Below are positions 8,625 through 16,620 of a DNA stretch of 24,000 nt, piece by piece. A program made the translations under genes and the position numbers. The notes under the pieces were generated by a model. That model ran no database searches. It was given only the letters and a program-made list of their open reading frames with translations, and was not told the DNA's origin. Position 1 is the first letter of the stretch, and each line of letters begins with the position of its first letter. The stretch is taken from assembly GCA_039961675.1 (NCBI GenBank), contig JABRWC010000129.1, forward strand, positions 17,517 through 41,516, read 5' to 3'. The DNA is from Phycisphaerae bacterium (GTDB lineage: Bacteria; Planctomycetota; Phycisphaerae; UBA1845; Fen-1342).

Positions 8625-9338
8625 TCAGCGGCGCATCCGCCGCCGGAATCGGCCCCCGCCCTCTCCGCCGGTCGCCAAAGCGGCCCGGGCCGCCTCGCTC
8701 TCCCCGTACGGACCGCGGTAAATCCAGACCTTGATGCCGATCGTGCCGACCGTGGTCACCGCGTGCGTGACGGCAAAGTCGACCTCCGCCTGGAGCGTCT
8801 GGAGCGGGATCGACCCGAGCATCTGCTTCTCGGTGCGGGCCAGCTCCGCCCCGCCCAGCCGGCCGGAGCAGATGATCTTGACCCCCCGCGCGCCTGCGTT
8901 CATCGCGGCTTCGCACTTCTGCTTCATGACCCGGCGGAAACTGGCACGCTTCTTCAGCTGCTCCGCGATCGACTGGCCGATCAGCCGCGAGTCGAGGTCG
9001 GGATTCTTGATTTCGACGATCGACACGTTCACCCGCCGCTCGATCAGGTCCTCTAGCCGCTCGCGCAGCTTGTCCACTTCGGCGCCCTTGGCCCCGATCA
9101 CCACGCCGGGGCGGGCCGTGTACAGCACGATCTTGACCTCGTCGCGCGTCCGCTCGATCTCGACCTTGGAAACGCCCGCGTACGGGGGCTTGTTGTTCAG
9201 CTCGCCGTCTATGAAGCGGCGGATCCTCTCGTCCTCGACCAGGAACGTGCCGAAGTGACTCTTCGGCGCGTACCAACGCGACTTCCACCCCTCGGTGATG
9301 CCGACGCGGAAACCGATCGGGTTCGTCTTCTGTCCCAC
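8625..9338 (-). CDS. rpsC: 30S ribosomal protein S3
   Basis: 237-aa ORF starting MGQKTNPIGFRVGI, with a KH-domain block and GVKIICSGRLGGAELARTE. Confidence 0.95.
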   Translation of the reverse strand: MGQKTNPIGFRVGITEGWKSRWYAPKSHFGTFLVEDERIRRFIDGELNNKPPYAGVSKVEIERTRDEVKIVLYTARPGVVIGAKGAEVDKLRERLEDLIERRVNVSIVEIKNPDLDSRLIGQSIAEQLKKRASFRRVMKQKCEAAMNAGARGVKIICSGRLGGAELARTEKQMLGSIPLQTLQAEVDFAVTHAVTTVGTIGIKVWIYRGPYGESEAARAALATGGEGGGRFRRRMRR

Positions 9339-9341
9339 GGA

Positions 9342-9674
9342 TCATTCCTTCTCGGCGACGACCAGGTGAATGTGGCTCGTCGGCTTGTGGATCGAGTGCG
9401 CGCGGCCGCGGTCCTTCGGCTGGAAACGCTTGATGATCGGGCCGGGGTCGACCCACGCCTTGGCGACGAATAGCTTGTTCATCGCCGCCTCGTCCTCGTT
9501 GGCGTTCGCCATCGCCGACTTGAGCACCTTGTCGATCAGCTTCGCGGCGAGCTTGTGCGTGAAACGCAGCGACTCCACCGCCTGGTTGCAGCGCATGCCG
9601 CGGATCATGTCCGCCACGAGCCGCGCCTTCCGCGGCGAGATGCGGGCGAATCGATGAGAGGCCGACCACGCCAT
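9342..9674 (-). CDS. rplV: 50S ribosomal protein L22
   Basis: 110-aa ORF containing ARISPRKARLVADMIRG and FQPKDRGRAHSIHKPTSHIHLVV. Confidence 0.93.
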   Translation of the reverse strand: MAWSASHRFARISPRKARLVADMIRGMRCNQAVESLRFTHKLAAKLIDKVLKSAMANANEDEAAMNKLFVAKAWVDPGPIIKRFQPKDRGRAHSIHKPTSHIHLVVAEKE

Positions 9675-9686
9675 GACGCCTGACTC

Positions 9687-9959
9687 CTACTTCTTGACCT
9701 CGCGGGCCGTGTGCGCCCGGAACGTCCGCGTCGGGGCGAACTCGCCCAGCTTGTGCCCGACCATGTCCTCGGTCACGTACACGCGGATGAAGTTCTTGCC
9801 GTTGTGCACGTCGAAGTTCTGCCCCACGAACTCCGGAACGATGGTGCAGGCGCGGCTCCAGGTCTTGATCGGCGAGCTCGACCCGCCGCTGCGGGCGCGT
9901 ACCACCTTCTCGTAGAGCTGCGGATCAACAAACGGACCTTTCTTCATGCTGCGTGACAT
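9687..9959 (-). CDS. rpsS: 30S ribosomal protein S19
   Basis: 90-aa ORF starting [12 protein letters not shown] and containing [13 protein letters not shown]. Confidence 0.95.
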   Translation of the reverse strand: MSRSMKKGPFVDPQLYEKVVRARSGGSSSPIKTWSRACTIVPEFVGQNFDVHNGKNFIRVYVTEDMVGHKLGEFAPTRTFRAHTAREVKK

Positions 9960-9983
9960 CGTGACGCGTCCCTCGCTCTGCGA

Positions 9984-10856
9984 TTACCAGCGCCGGCGAA
10001 GCTTGGCCTCGCCGAAGCTCTTGGTGATCCGGCGCCGCAGGATGAACCGGTTCGACACCTTCCGCGGACTGCGCGTGCGGCCGCCCTTGGCCAACTGTCC
10101 CCAGGCGGAGCACGGGTGCCGTCCGCCGTTGCTGCGGCCTTCGCCCCCGCCCAGCGGGTGCGCGTGCGGATTCATCGCCTTGCCGCGCACGTGCGGCCGG
10201 CGACCGAGGTGCCGGCTCTTGCCGGCCTTGCCCAGCGTGATGTTCTGGTGGTCGAGGTTGCCGAGCTGCCCGATCGTCGCGCGGCACTCGGCCCGCACCA
10301 TCCGCATCTCGCCGGACGGTAGCTGAATCGTCGCCCAGTCGCCCTCGCGGGCCATCAGCCGTGCCACGCCGCCCGCCGTTCGAACCAGCTTGCCGCCTTG
10401 CCCCGCCGTCATCTCAATGTTGTGCACGTCCATGCCGACCGGAATCGCCGATAGCGGCATCGCGTTGCCCACACGCGGCTCGACGCGCGCCCCGCTCTCC
10501 ACCTTCGCCCCGGCCTTCAGGCCCAACGGCGCGAGAATGTAGCGCTTCTCGCCGTCCCCGTATTGCAGCAACGCAATGTGGCAGGAGCGGTTCGGATCGT
10601 ACTGGATCTCCAGAACCTCGGCCCACATGCCGTCCTTGTTGCGCTTGAAGTCGATGATGCGGTACATCTTCTTGTTGCCGCCGCCGCGCCACCACGACGT
10701 GATCCGCCCGTGGTGGTTCCGCCCGCCGGTCTTCTTGCGCGGCTCGAGCAGCGACTTCACCGGCCGGTTCTCGTGCCGGAACGTAATCTCGGCGTAGTCG
10801 TTGACGCTCGCGTTGCGGCGCCCCGCCGAGGTCCTTCGATAAATCTTCACGCCCAT
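9984..10856 (-). CDS. rplB: 50S ribosomal protein L2
   Basis: 290-aa ORF containing [26 protein letters not shown] and [21 protein letters not shown]. Confidence 0.96.
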   Translation of the reverse strand: MGVKIYRRTSAGRRNASVNDYAEITFRHENRPVKSLLEPRKKTGGRNHHGRITSWWRGGGNKKMYRIIDFKRNKDGMWAEVLEIQYDPNRSCHIALLQYGDGEKRYILAPLGLKAGAKVESGARVEPRVGNAMPLSAIPVGMDVHNIEMTAGQGGKLVRTAGGVARLMAREGDWATIQLPSGEMRMVRAECRATIGQLGNLDHQNITLGKAGKSRHLGRRPHVRGKAMNPHAHPLGGGEGRSNGGRHPCSAWGQLAKGGRTRSPRKVSNRFILRRRITKSFGEAKLRRRW

Positions 10857-10906
10857 CGCACGTCCTCTTCGTCGTCCCCGACCCGCTGGCCCGGCGCCTC
10901 TCCGGC

Positions 10907-11200
10907 TCAGAACAAGTCAATGTGGCTGTCGCGATCCAGGATCACCACCGCCTTCTTCGTCTGTCGTGTCTGGCCCACGTGCAGGCGGTACCGCCGCATC
11001 TTGCCCGAGCGGAGCTGAGTATTCACACGCCGCACCTTCACGCCGTAAATCTTCTCCACTGCGTCCTTGACCTGCGCTTTGGTCGCGTCGACGTGAACCT
11101 CGAAGGCGTACGCGCCGCCGCGGCGCTCGCTGTGAAAACGAACCTGGTGCGTGCTCTTCTCGGTGATGATGGGCCGGATGATCGTGTGATAAATGTCCAT
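10907..11200 (-). CDS. rplW: 50S ribosomal protein L23
   Basis: 97-aa ORF containing [11 protein letters not shown] and KKAVVIL. It lies between rplD and rplB. Confidence 0.92.
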   Translation of the reverse strand: MDIYHTIIRPIITEKSTHQVRFHSERRGGAYAFEVHVDATKAQVKDAVEKIYGVKVRRVNTQLRSGKMRRYRLHVGQTRQTKKAVVILDRDSHIDLF

Positions 11201-11204
11201 CGAA

Positions 11205-11849
11205 TCACTCCGCCTTGGCCCGTCCGCCTGCCGCCTCGCAGAACGAGCGGAACGCGTCGCGCGTGAACACCAGTCGCCGCCCGGCTAGCACGTCGAACGC
11301 GTTCAGCTCCGCCACGTCCATCACCCGCGTCTTCGGAATGTTGCGGGCGCTCATGTACAGTTGGCGGTCGATCCCCGCGGTCGCGAAAACGCAGCCGCGG
11401 TCAGCCTGCAACGCCCGCAGCAGCGCCGCAAACCGCTTCGTCTTGGGCTGGTCGAACCGCACGCCGTCCACAATCAGCGCGTTCTGGCTCTCAATCTTCG
11501 CCAGCACCGCCTGGTTGCGCGCCAAACGCCGCATGGCCTTCGGCATCTCCTGCCGGAACTCGCGCGGCTTCCGCGGGAACGCCCGACCGCCGCCGCGGCG
11601 CACCGGCGTACGCAGGTTGCCCATCCGCGCCCGACCCGTGCCCTTCTGCCGGTACAGCTTCCGGGTCGATCCGGCCACCTCGCCCCGCGTCTTCTGTGCG
11701 ACTGTCCCCTGCCGCCGGTTCGCGTGGTACATCACGGCGGCCTGCTTCAGCAGCGCGGCGTTCACCTTCCCACCGAGGATCGCAGGGTCGATCGTCTCGG
11801 TCCCAACCTGCTGGCCGGATTCGTTGTATACGAGCACGCTCAACATCAC
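11205..11849 (-). CDS. rplD: 50S ribosomal protein L4
   Basis: 214-aa ORF containing KTRGEVAGSTRKLYRQKGTGRARMGNLRTPVRRGGGRAF. Confidence 0.93.
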   Translation of the reverse strand: MMLSVLVYNESGQQVGTETIDPAILGGKVNAALLKQAAVMYHANRRQGTVAQKTRGEVAGSTRKLYRQKGTGRARMGNLRTPVRRGGGRAFPRKPREFRQEMPKAMRRLARNQAVLAKIESQNALIVDGVRFDQPKTKRFAALLRALQADRGCVFATAGIDRQLYMSARNIPKTRVMDVAELNAFDVLAGRRLVFTRDAFRSFCEAAGGRAKAE

Positions 11850-11859
11850 TGAAGTCCTC

Positions 11860-12516
11860 TTAGGACTTGGTCTTGGCCTTCCGGACGATCACGTAGCCCC
11901 CCTCGGCGCCGGGGATGCTCCCGCGGATCAGCAGCATGTTGTGCTCGCTGTCGACGCGGACGAGCTTGAGGCCCGCCGCGGTCCGCCGCTGCGACCCCAT
12001 GTGGCCCGCCATCTTCTTGCCCTTCTTGACCGCGCCGCTGTGGCCGCGGTTCTGCGCTCGACCGCCGATGCTGCCGGGCGAGCGGTGCTTGCGCTCGGTG
12101 CCGTGCGACGCCGGCTGCCCGCCGAAGCCCCAGCGCCGCATCGCGCCCTGGAATCCCTTGCCCTTGGTGATGCCGATCACATCCACCCACCCGACAGCCG
12201 GCTCCTTGAAAATGTCCACCGTGATGGTGTCCCCCACGTTCTTCTCCGTAGGTTGCGCGAGCCGGATTTCGCGAATGAAGGCCTTGGGGGCCGTCTTCGC
12301 TTTGCGGGCGTGGCCGATTTCGGGAAGCGTCGAGCGGTGTGGCCTTACGTCGCAGAAGCCGAGCTGCACGGCGTCGTAGCGGTCCGTGCCGCCGCTGGAC
12401 TTCACTTGCAGCACCACGCACGGCCCGGCCCGAACGATCGTCACCGGAACACGCTCGCCGGCCTCGTCGAAGACCTGCGTCATGCCGACTTTTCTGCCGA
12501 GTATCGCGGGAATCAT
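11860..12516 (-). CDS. rplC: 50S ribosomal protein L3
   Basis: The ATG at 12514-12516 gives MIPAILGRKVGMTQVF, an L3 N-terminus, with AGGAG 9 nt upstream. The protein also contains FQGAMRRWGFGGQPASHG. The track ORF extends to 12573, but its 19 extra residues are not L3-like. Confidence 0.92.
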   Translation of the reverse strand: MIPAILGRKVGMTQVFDEAGERVPVTIVRAGPCVVLQVKSSGGTDRYDAVQLGFCDVRPHRSTLPEIGHARKAKTAPKAFIREIRLAQPTEKNVGDTITVDIFKEPAVGWVDVIGITKGKGFQGAMRRWGFGGQPASHGTERKHRSPGSIGGRAQNRGHSGAVKKGKKMAGHMGSQRRTAAGLKLVRVDSEHNMLLIRGSIPGAEGGYVIVRKAKTKS

Positions 12517-12599
12517 CCCACACCACTCCTGACCCCGACACGGACGGCCCAACGCCGCCCCACAGCCAAACAAAAACGGCCTGAACGTCGGACGGACGA

Positions 12600-12908
12600 T
12601 CAGGCCTTGATCTTCACGAAGACGCCCGCGGGGACGACGAGACGGTTCAACGCCTCCACCGTCCGGGCCGTCGGCTCGAAGATGTCGATCACACGCTTGT
12701 GCGTTCGCATCTCGAACTGTTCCCGCGACTTCTTGTCGATGTGCGGGCCGCGCAGCACCGTGAAACGCTCGATGCGCGTCGGAAGCGGGATCGGTCCGTG
12801 CACCCGCGCGCTGGTGCGTTTGGCCTGTTCCACGATCTCCGCCGCCGACGAGTCCAGCGCGCGATGATCGTAGGCTTCCATCCGAATTCGAATTCGTTCG
12901 CCAGCCAT
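12600..12908 (-). CDS. rpsJ: 30S ribosomal protein S10
   Basis: The ATG at 12906-12908 gives the 102-aa [53 protein letters not shown]. The track ORF reaching 12995 runs through the predicted promoter. Confidence 0.93.
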   Translation of the reverse strand: MAGERIRIRMEAYDHRALDSSAAEIVEQAKRTSARVHGPIPLPTRIERFTVLRGPHIDKKSREQFEMRTHKRVIDIFEPTARTVEALNRLVVPAGVFVKIKA

Positions 12909-12967
12909 GAGACCGTTCCCAGCGGGCAGGTGCCCAGTCATCCCGGCCAAACGTGCCGAGACACGCA

Positions 12968-12995
12968 AAGATACCATGCGCGGTGGAAGCGTCAA
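12968..12995 (-). promoter_or_regulatory. Candidate sigma70-type promoter of the S10 operon (extended -10)
   Basis: The minus strand reads TTGACG (12995-12990), a 16-nt spacer, then TGgTATCTT with the -10 hexamer TATCTT at 12973-12968. It lies about 55-60 nt upstream of the rpsJ ATG and immediately after a terminator-like hairpin. This is motif-based only. Confidence 0.45.
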
Positions 12996-13005
12996 GGGGC
13001 GGTAT

Positions 13006-13037
13006 GGAAAAGCAGAACCGGCCGCGAAAACGCGGCC
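13006..13037 (-). terminator. Candidate intrinsic terminator after the membrane-protein pair
   Basis: The minus strand reads GGCCGCG-UUUU-CGCGGCC (a 7-bp all-GC stem, 13037-13020) followed by GGUUCUGCUUUUCC. The U-tract is interrupted, so efficiency is uncertain. It lies about 70 nt after the stop of the 13108-13755 ORF. Confidence 0.4.
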
Positions 13038-13107
13038 CCGGAGGTGCGGTCCCGTGGCGCGGATCGCGCGGACAACGGGATGCGGTGGCGGCCGCGCTCC
13101 GGCGGCC

Positions 13108-13755
13108 CTATTGCAGCTCGACGCGGTTGAACCCGCCGCCGCCCGTCTTCACGTCGCCCTGCGCCGCGTTCGCCTGAACCGAGAACCCCAGCACGCACAA
13201 CATCACGCCCAGCACCGGCGTCATCACCGGGTACTCGTCGGCGGTCCGAACGAAGGTGTCGGCCAGCGACGGTGCGAGACGCGAGATCAGCCCGAGGAAT
13301 CCCACAATCATCAGCCCGGCGCCCAGCACCGTGGTGATCAGAATCGGCGTTTGGCGCAGATACAGGTAGAACAGCGCCGAGCCGAGCGCAACCCCGCCTA
13401 GCCCCGCAAACATCGCGTTGGATGGACTCACGTCGAACCGCCCGGCGAGATACGACGCCACCGCCCCGAACGTGAACATCGCCGCGAGCGCCACGCCGAG
13501 CCGGAAATGCCATAACGACACCGCACCCAGCACGCCGGCCAGCACAAGGCTCGGGCCGAAGAGCGGCAGGCCCAGCAGAGATGCCGTCACGCCCCCCAGA
13601 ATGAATCCGCCCGCGGCGCACGTAAGCGACAACAGCACGCGCGCGAAACGGAAACCCTGCAAGCCGAAGAGAATCCCAAGCCCGAACAGCACCAGCGACG
13701 TGACTTGCGACTGGTGCAGAGCCCACCGAAATACGCTGTCCTGGATTTCGTACAC
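13108..13755 (-). CDS. Glycine-rich polytopic (~7 TM) membrane protein of unknown function, paralog B
   Basis: 215-aa ORF with a GTG start and GGGAGA 7 nt upstream. Third-codon positions are strongly G/C. I count about seven hydrophobic segments. It shares the blocks LFGL..G-x-R..LPL[FW]-x18-FRL with the upstream ORF. I recognise no catalytic motif. Confidence 0.72.
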   Translation of the reverse strand: MYEIQDSVFRWALHQSQVTSLVLFGLGILFGLQGFRFARVLLSLTCAAGGFILGGVTASLLGLPLFGPSLVLAGVLGAVSLWHFRLGVALAAMFTFGAVASYLAGRFDVSPSNAMFAGLGGVALGSALFYLYLRQTPILITTVLGAGLMIVGFLGLISRLAPSLADTFVRTADEYPVMTPVLGVMLCVLGFSVQANAAQGDVKTGGGGFNRVELQ

Positions 13756-13916
13756 GCACCCGTCTCCCGGTAGAAGAAGAATATGACTGCGTATGTATCG
13801 TGGAGAATGAACGGGCCGAAATCAAACGAATCGGGCGCGCGCACGAGAAACGCCCAACGCCTGCTCCAACCGAGCGCGTGAAACGCGTTATCCAACCGCG
13901 GTTATCGGACTACCTG

Positions 13917-14741
13917 CTACGCCGCACGCACCGCCGGTGCGCCCCCGGCGTCATCGGCCGACTTCGCGGGCCGCTTCCCTGTGGACGCAACGTTGTAGGC
14001 CAGAGCGAACAGCCAAACGACCGCAACCACGCTCCACGACCAGCCGCCATTCTGGAGCAAAAAGTTGAGCGCGTCCGGCGCGTAGCGCTGCATCAGGCCG
14101 GCCGTGCCCGCGCCAGCCAGCAGCACACCGAGGGTGGCAGCCCAGAGCGCACGCGATGCACGGGGCAGCAGCAAGCCGAAAACCAGCCCCGCGGCCGCCG
14201 TCATCGCCGTGATTCCGAGAAAGCTCGGCGTGAAGTTCGGGACCGTGCTTGCGAGGTACGACCACAGATTCGCCAGTTCGCTGGCCGCGGACGTGCTCTG
14301 CGTCACGCTCCCCGCAGGCTGTAGCTCGATCCAATTGCCGTCGAAGTCGCCCTGGAGCCAGCTCGACACGTGCGGCGTCAGGACCCGCACGTAGTACACG
14401 GCGATTCCGATCGCGGCGCAGCAACCCGCCAGCAGCAACGCCTGCCAGAGGCGGAACGCCACGATTCCCAGCAGCAAGCCGCCAACCCCGCAGACGCCCA
14501 CCGTAGGCCAGAGCGGCAGGGCGAACGCGACGCTGGCGTATGACCCGGCGAGGCCACCCAGCGCGCCGAACGCCATGCCCCCGAGCGCGGGCGCCCAGCG
14601 CGCACCGCGGACGATGAGCAGGAGGCCGAACAGCGTGAGGGCGGCAAGCCCCGCGGTCGGCGCCCAGTCGTAGCCCTCCGGGAGCTTGAGGTGCTCCGTC
14701 AGTGTGCGGGCCAACATCGAGAGCAGTTCATCAGTGGTCAT
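13917..14741 (-). CDS. Glycine-rich polytopic (~7 TM) membrane protein of unknown function, paralog A
   Basis: 274-aa ORF. Its ATG has a perfect GAGGAGG 7 nt upstream and lies 37 nt after the ftsQ-like stop. GC3 is very high. The layout is four TM segments, a polar loop of about 55 aa, then three TM segments. The N-terminal block aligns with paralog B. Confidence 0.8.
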   Translation of the reverse strand: MTTDELLSMLARTLTEHLKLPEGYDWAPTAGLAALTLFGLLLIVRGARWAPALGGMAFGALGGLAGSYASVAFALPLWPTVGVCGVGGLLLGIVAFRLWQALLLAGCCAAIGIAVYYVRVLTPHVSSWLQGDFDGNWIELQPAGSVTQSTSAASELANLWSYLASTVPNFTPSFLGITAMTAAAGLVFGLLLPRASRALWAATLGVLLAGAGTAGLMQRYAPDALNFLLQNGGWSWSVVAVVWLFALAYNVASTGKRPAKSADDAGGAPAVRAA

Positions 14742-14778
14742 TGCGTCGCCTCCTCGGCGGCCGCGTGTGCAAGCACGC

Positions 14779-15678
14779 TTACTGCGGCTCGCCGATCAGG
14801 ATTCGATCGTCGGGCCGGATGTCGATCGGCCCGGCGACGGGCAATCCTCCGCGTTCGCGGCACAGCTTCGAGAGCGCCGCCAGCTTCATCGCGGCCGTGC
14901 TCTCAATACCGTATTCTTCACCCGGCGGCAGCCCCCAGTGTATATAACTCCGGGGATTGGTTGTAATGAGCTTCAGCCAGCCGTCGCTCGGCCGCTGACG
15001 ATAGTTGTAGTTGCTGGCGTCCACCGCGCGGAGCGCGCCGCGGAACGGGAGCGGCGATACGTCGTGCGCGCCGTAGAGGAACTTCACGAGCTTGATCGCC
15101 GCGGCCAGGTCCTCTCCGTTCCAGGCCTGACCGGGTGGGGGCGGGGCGGACGCGACGCCCCGGATCGGAATCCAGTCGTCGCGGCTGATGAACTCGGCGG
15201 GCAGCTCCGGCGGCAGGCGCACGCCCTCGTCGTCGATGAGATAGGCGCGGTCCGCGCACTCGACGAACGTCAGCGGGCGGCGAAACTCGGCCTCAACCGT
15301 AACTCGGCCGTCCGACTGCTTTGCGGTGCGACGGACGCTCTTGATCCACGGTGAGCGGGCGACCGCCTCGGCGACGTACTGGCACACCCGCGGATCGAAA
15401 ATGTCCGTGCGCTCGTCGAGGTTCACCTGTTCCTCGATGCTGCGCACGACGTGCTCCCAACTGGCCTTGGCGATCCACGGGGGCAGGCCGCGCCACTCGA
15501 TGCGCGTCGGCTGCGTGTTCGTTCGGCGCACGTACGGCTCAAGCTTGCCGAGACCGAATGCGGCCGCGCCCAGCAGGCCCACCCAGCCCAACGCCAGCCA
15601 GAACCCGCGCCGCTGCAACCAGCCCATCCGCACCGCTGCGGATTGCGAGCTGCTGCGCTTTCGTTCGATTCGTCTCAT
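14779..15678 (-). CDS. ftsQ: Cell division protein FtsQ-like (single TM plus POTRA-like domain)
   Basis: 299-aa ORF with a basic N-terminal tail, one TM segment (FWLALGWVGLLGAAAFGL), then the POTRA-like block SPWIKSVRRTAKQSDGRVTVEAEFRRPLTFVECADRAYLIDDEGVRLP. Its start forms an ATGA overlap with the ddl stop, and GAGGG lies 9 nt upstream. It sits in the canonical post-ddl position. The family call rests on topology, motif and synteny, not on a search. Confidence 0.68.
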   Translation of the reverse strand: MRRIERKRSSSQSAAVRMGWLQRRGFWLALGWVGLLGAAAFGLGKLEPYVRRTNTQPTRIEWRGLPPWIAKASWEHVVRSIEEQVNLDERTDIFDPRVCQYVAEAVARSPWIKSVRRTAKQSDGRVTVEAEFRRPLTFVECADRAYLIDDEGVRLPPELPAEFISRDDWIPIRGVASAPPPPGQAWNGEDLAAAIKLVKFLYGAHDVSPLPFRGALRAVDASNYNYRQRPSDGWLKLITTNPRSYIHWGLPPGEEYGIESTAAMKLAALSKLCRERGGLPVAGPIDIRPDDRILIGEPQ

Positions 15679-16616
15679 CCGTGAGCGCCCTCATGCGCCA
15701 AATACACCAGCCGCTCGACGAGTTCGTCGAACGGAATTCCAGCGCGGGCGGCGGCCATGGGCGTGAGCGAATGACTCGTGAATCCCGGAATCGTGTTGAG
15801 TTCCAGGAACCAAGCCCTTCCGTCCGCGTCCACGATCCAATCCACACGCCCCAGGTGGCGACAGCCCATCGCAACGAACAGCCGCAAGCTCTGCTGCGCC
15901 GCGCGCGCCAGAACCTCGGGCGCCAGGCCCGCCTCGAACAGGTATTCAGTGCGCTCGTCCCGATATTTCGCCTCATAATCATAGAACCCGCGCTTCGCAC
16001 GGATGCAGATCGGGGGCAGCGCGACGCCGTCGATCACGCCGACCGTCACTTCGTCCCCTTGGATGAACCGTTCGACCAGCGCTCGCCCGAATTCGACGCA
16101 GACCGCGGCCGCCGCCGCCGGCAGCTCCCCCGGGTCCTTCACGATCGCCGTGCCCACGCTGCTACCCTGATCCACCGGCTTGACTACCACCGGGACGGGC
16201 AGCGTCGGAGTCTGCCCGGCGCACACGACCTCGTACTCCGCGGTCAGCACGCCGAGCTCAGCCGCGACTTTCTTGGCCGCGACCTTGTCCATCGCCAGCG
16301 CCGAAGCGCGCGAGCCCGAGCCCACGAAGCGGATGCCGCGCTGCTCCAGGATGCGCTGCACCTGGCCGTCTTCTCCGAACGGCCCGTGCAACGCGGGGAA
16401 CACCACGTCCGCGGCGTGATCCAGCGCCGAGAGGTCGTCGGGACCGATGTCCGCCAGGCGCACGGCGTGTCCGCGGCGGCGCAGGGCTTCCGCGACGGCG
16501 CGGCCGGAGTCCAGACTCACGGCGCGTTCCGCGCTCGGCCCGCCGGCCAGGACCGTCACACGCAGCGCGCGCCGCGCTGCCGCGGACGTCGGCCCGGAAG
16601 ACTGCATCGCCGTCAT
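15675..16616 (-). CDS. ddl: D-alanine--D-alanine ligase
   Basis: Contains the ATP-grasp blocks VLAGGPSAERAVSLDSG, FPALHGPFGEDGQVQ, VVKPVDQGSSVG and ELNTIPGFTSHS. I chose the ATG at 16614-16616 (MTAMQSS..), which is 4 nt after the murB stop. The track start at 16685 is a TTG that would overlap murB by 65 nt. Confidence 0.92.
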   Translation of the reverse strand: MTAMQSSGPTSAAARRALRVTVLAGGPSAERAVSLDSGRAVAEALRRRGHAVRLADIGPDDLSALDHAADVVFPALHGPFGEDGQVQRILEQRGIRFVGSGSRASALAMDKVAAKKVAAELGVLTAEYEVVCAGQTPTLPVPVVVKPVDQGSSVGTAIVKDPGELPAAAAAVCVEFGRALVERFIQGDEVTVGVIDGVALPPICIRAKRGFYDYEAKYRDERTEYLFEAGLAPEVLARAAQQSLRLFVAMGCRHLGRVDWIVDADGRAWFLELNTIPGFTSHSLTPMAAARAGIPFDELVERLVYLAHEGAHG

Positions 16617-16620
16617 ACGC

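Noticed and set aside
12517-12599. 83-nt rpsJ-rplC spacer with the run GGCCGUUUUUGUUUGGC, considered as an internal attenuator or terminator
   Set aside because: Only a 4-bp CGUC/GACG stem precedes the U-run, and 9 nt separate them. This is not a credible intrinsic terminator, and operon continuity is expected. It may simply be a spacer.
11215-12867. 550-aa plus-strand ORF antisense to rplD, rplC and rpsJ (also 11361-11852 and 11846-12541)
   Set aside because: It crosses three ribosomal genes and their intergenic spacers. Its composition is Arg/Pro/Ala-rich and not protein-like. It is a shadow ORF.
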